Below, piece by piece: positions 63,214-64,000 of a stretch of DNA of 64,000 bases. The translations under genes and the position numbers were made by a program. Numbering within the stretch: the first letter of the stretch is position 1; every line of letters begins with the position of its first letter. Source of the stretch: Deltaproteobacteria bacterium (GTDB lineage Bacteria > Bdellovibrionota > UBA2394); the NCBI GenBank assembly GCA_017302715.1, contig JAFLCD010000002.1, positions 5,882-69,881 of the forward strand. The letters run 5' to 3'. Under the pieces are notes generated by a model that did not search any database, was not told the origin of the DNA, and saw only the letters and a program-made list of their open reading frames with translations.

Positions 63214-64000
63214 ATGCGAAAACTTTTTTATCCTTTTTTAGCTCTTTTCTTGGTTCAATTCTCAGCTTGTAAAACATCTACCTCTGAATCGGCGGCACAA
63301 GGTTCAAACGAGGCTAAAGTAGTGCATTTAGCTATTTGGTCCAATTTCGTGACCGACGATATTTTGCAAGAATTCACCAAGCAGACGGGTATCCAGGTTG
63401 AAACTGCCAATTATTCTTCGAACGAAGAATTGCTCGCGAAGATGCAGGCTGGAGCTTCGGGCTACGATGTGATTGTTCCCTGTGATTATTTGGTGCTCGT
63501 CATGTCGAATTTGGGACTTCTCAGTGAGATCGATCATGCAAAGATTCCCAATCTAAAATCCATCGATGCAAAGTATATGAAGATGTACTTTGACCCAGAA
63601 AATAAGTTCTCTCTGCCTTTTGACTGGGGAACAACGGGCATCGCCGTTAATCGCAAACTTTTTAAAGGAAAAATTCAGGGCTGGAAGGACGTTTTCGACA
63701 ATAAAGCACTAGAAGGTAAATACACCTTACTCGACGATGCTCGAGAAACTTTGGGCGCGGCTTTAAAAAAAGATGGCTTCAGCTTGAACTCTGTCAATGG
63801 GGGAGAGCTTGGCAAAGCAAAGCAGACTTTGCTCGGGGCCAAAAATCACGTGAAGGGTTTTACCTCTGAGACTTTGATGGGCTTAGTAAATGGCGAGATG
63901 GTTGTAGCTCATGCTTACTCAAGCGATGCGCTTCAAGCTGCTGCTAAGACAAATGGCGCGATCGAGTTTGTGATTCCTTCTGAAGGTGCAACTTATTGGG
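63214..64000 (+). CDS. potD: Spermidine/putrescine-binding periplasmic lipoprotein (partial, runs off the right edge)
   Basis: Not in the ORF track because it has no stop in the window. Own translation: MRKLFYPFLALFLVQFSAC/K...VVHLAIWSNFVTDDILQEFTKQTGIQV...GYDVIVPCDY...FDWGTTGIAVN... Confidence 0.85.
   Translation, partial: MRKLFYPFLALFLVQFSACKTSTSESAAQGSNEAKVVHLAIWSNFVTDDILQEFTKQTGIQVETANYSSNEELLAKMQAGASGYDVIVPCDYLVLVMSNLGLLSEIDHAKIPNLKSIDAKYMKMYFDPENKFSLPFDWGTTGIAVNRKLFKGKIQGWKDVFDNKALEGKYTLLDDARETLGAALKKDGFSLNSVNGGELGKAKQTLLGAKNHVKGFTSETLMGLVNGEMVVAHAYSSDALQAAAKTNGAIEFVIPSEGATYW

Noticed and set aside
63328-63537. 69-aa minus-strand ORF, the only track entry in the last 800 nt.
   Set aside because: The plus strand here encodes a clear PotD-like lipoprotein that runs off the window edge. 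The minus-strand ORF is antisense noise.
1-64000. A scan for tRNA, rRNA, tmRNA, RNase P and SRP RNA genes, CRISPR arrays, IS elements, integrases, and defence-type genes (restriction enzymes, helicase-nuclease pairs, reverse transcriptases, toxin-antitoxin pairs).
   Set aside because: The longest non-coding gap is 241 nt, and none of the gaps shows tRNA arms, spaced direct-repeat arrays or SRP/6S-like cores. No ORF carries transposase, integrase, RT or restriction-enzyme motifs. The search was by eye only, so short or divergent elements could have been missed.

Overview
This is a 64-kb, AT-rich chromosomal segment, roughly 40% GC judged by eye from a few sampled lines. It is very gene-dense and comes from a diderm (Gram-negative) bacterium: it encodes a TolC-type outer-membrane factor, an RND pump, lipoproteins with lipoboxes, TatA and beta-barrel-like proteins. 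I cannot assign the taxon; the style is compatible with Bdellovibrionota or Oligoflexia-like genomes, but that is a guess.

I support about 71 protein-coding genes. I saw no rRNA, tRNA, CRISPR array, transposase, integrase or phage genes.

Gene content:
- Transport: an MMPL/RND exporter, two CPA2 K+/H+ antiporters, an AcrB-type RND pump with TolC, a CDF transporter, an NMT1-type ABC importer, PotABCD, MATE, TSUP and TatA.
- Housekeeping and repair: Ogt, a FadI-type thiolase, TrhO, Cls, SerA, a GlcD/D2HGDH-type oxidase, photolyase, an ABC-F ATPase, Dps and thioredoxin-fold proteins.
- Signalling: a 13-kb island (18.6-31.5 kb) with five soluble histidine kinases, five receiver proteins, a REC-GGDEF-EAL protein and three ElaB/YqjD-like tail-anchored proteins.

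I found no clear-cut new defence or mobile system. The best candidates for follow-up are:
- the sensor-poor multi-kinase island, with two unknown exported proteins embedded in it;
- an RND-TolC operon that has no membrane-fusion (adaptor) gene but carries two unknown envelope proteins instead;
- an unannotated 54-codon prepilin-like micro-ORF coupled to the MMPL exporter;
- a degenerate EAL domain;
- a structured leader in front of an EF-hand gene;
- two orphan secreted proteins with catalytic-looking motifs;
- a window-wide absence of spacer at all 14 convergent gene junctions.

All functional calls rest on motif and family recognition by eye. No database search was run.
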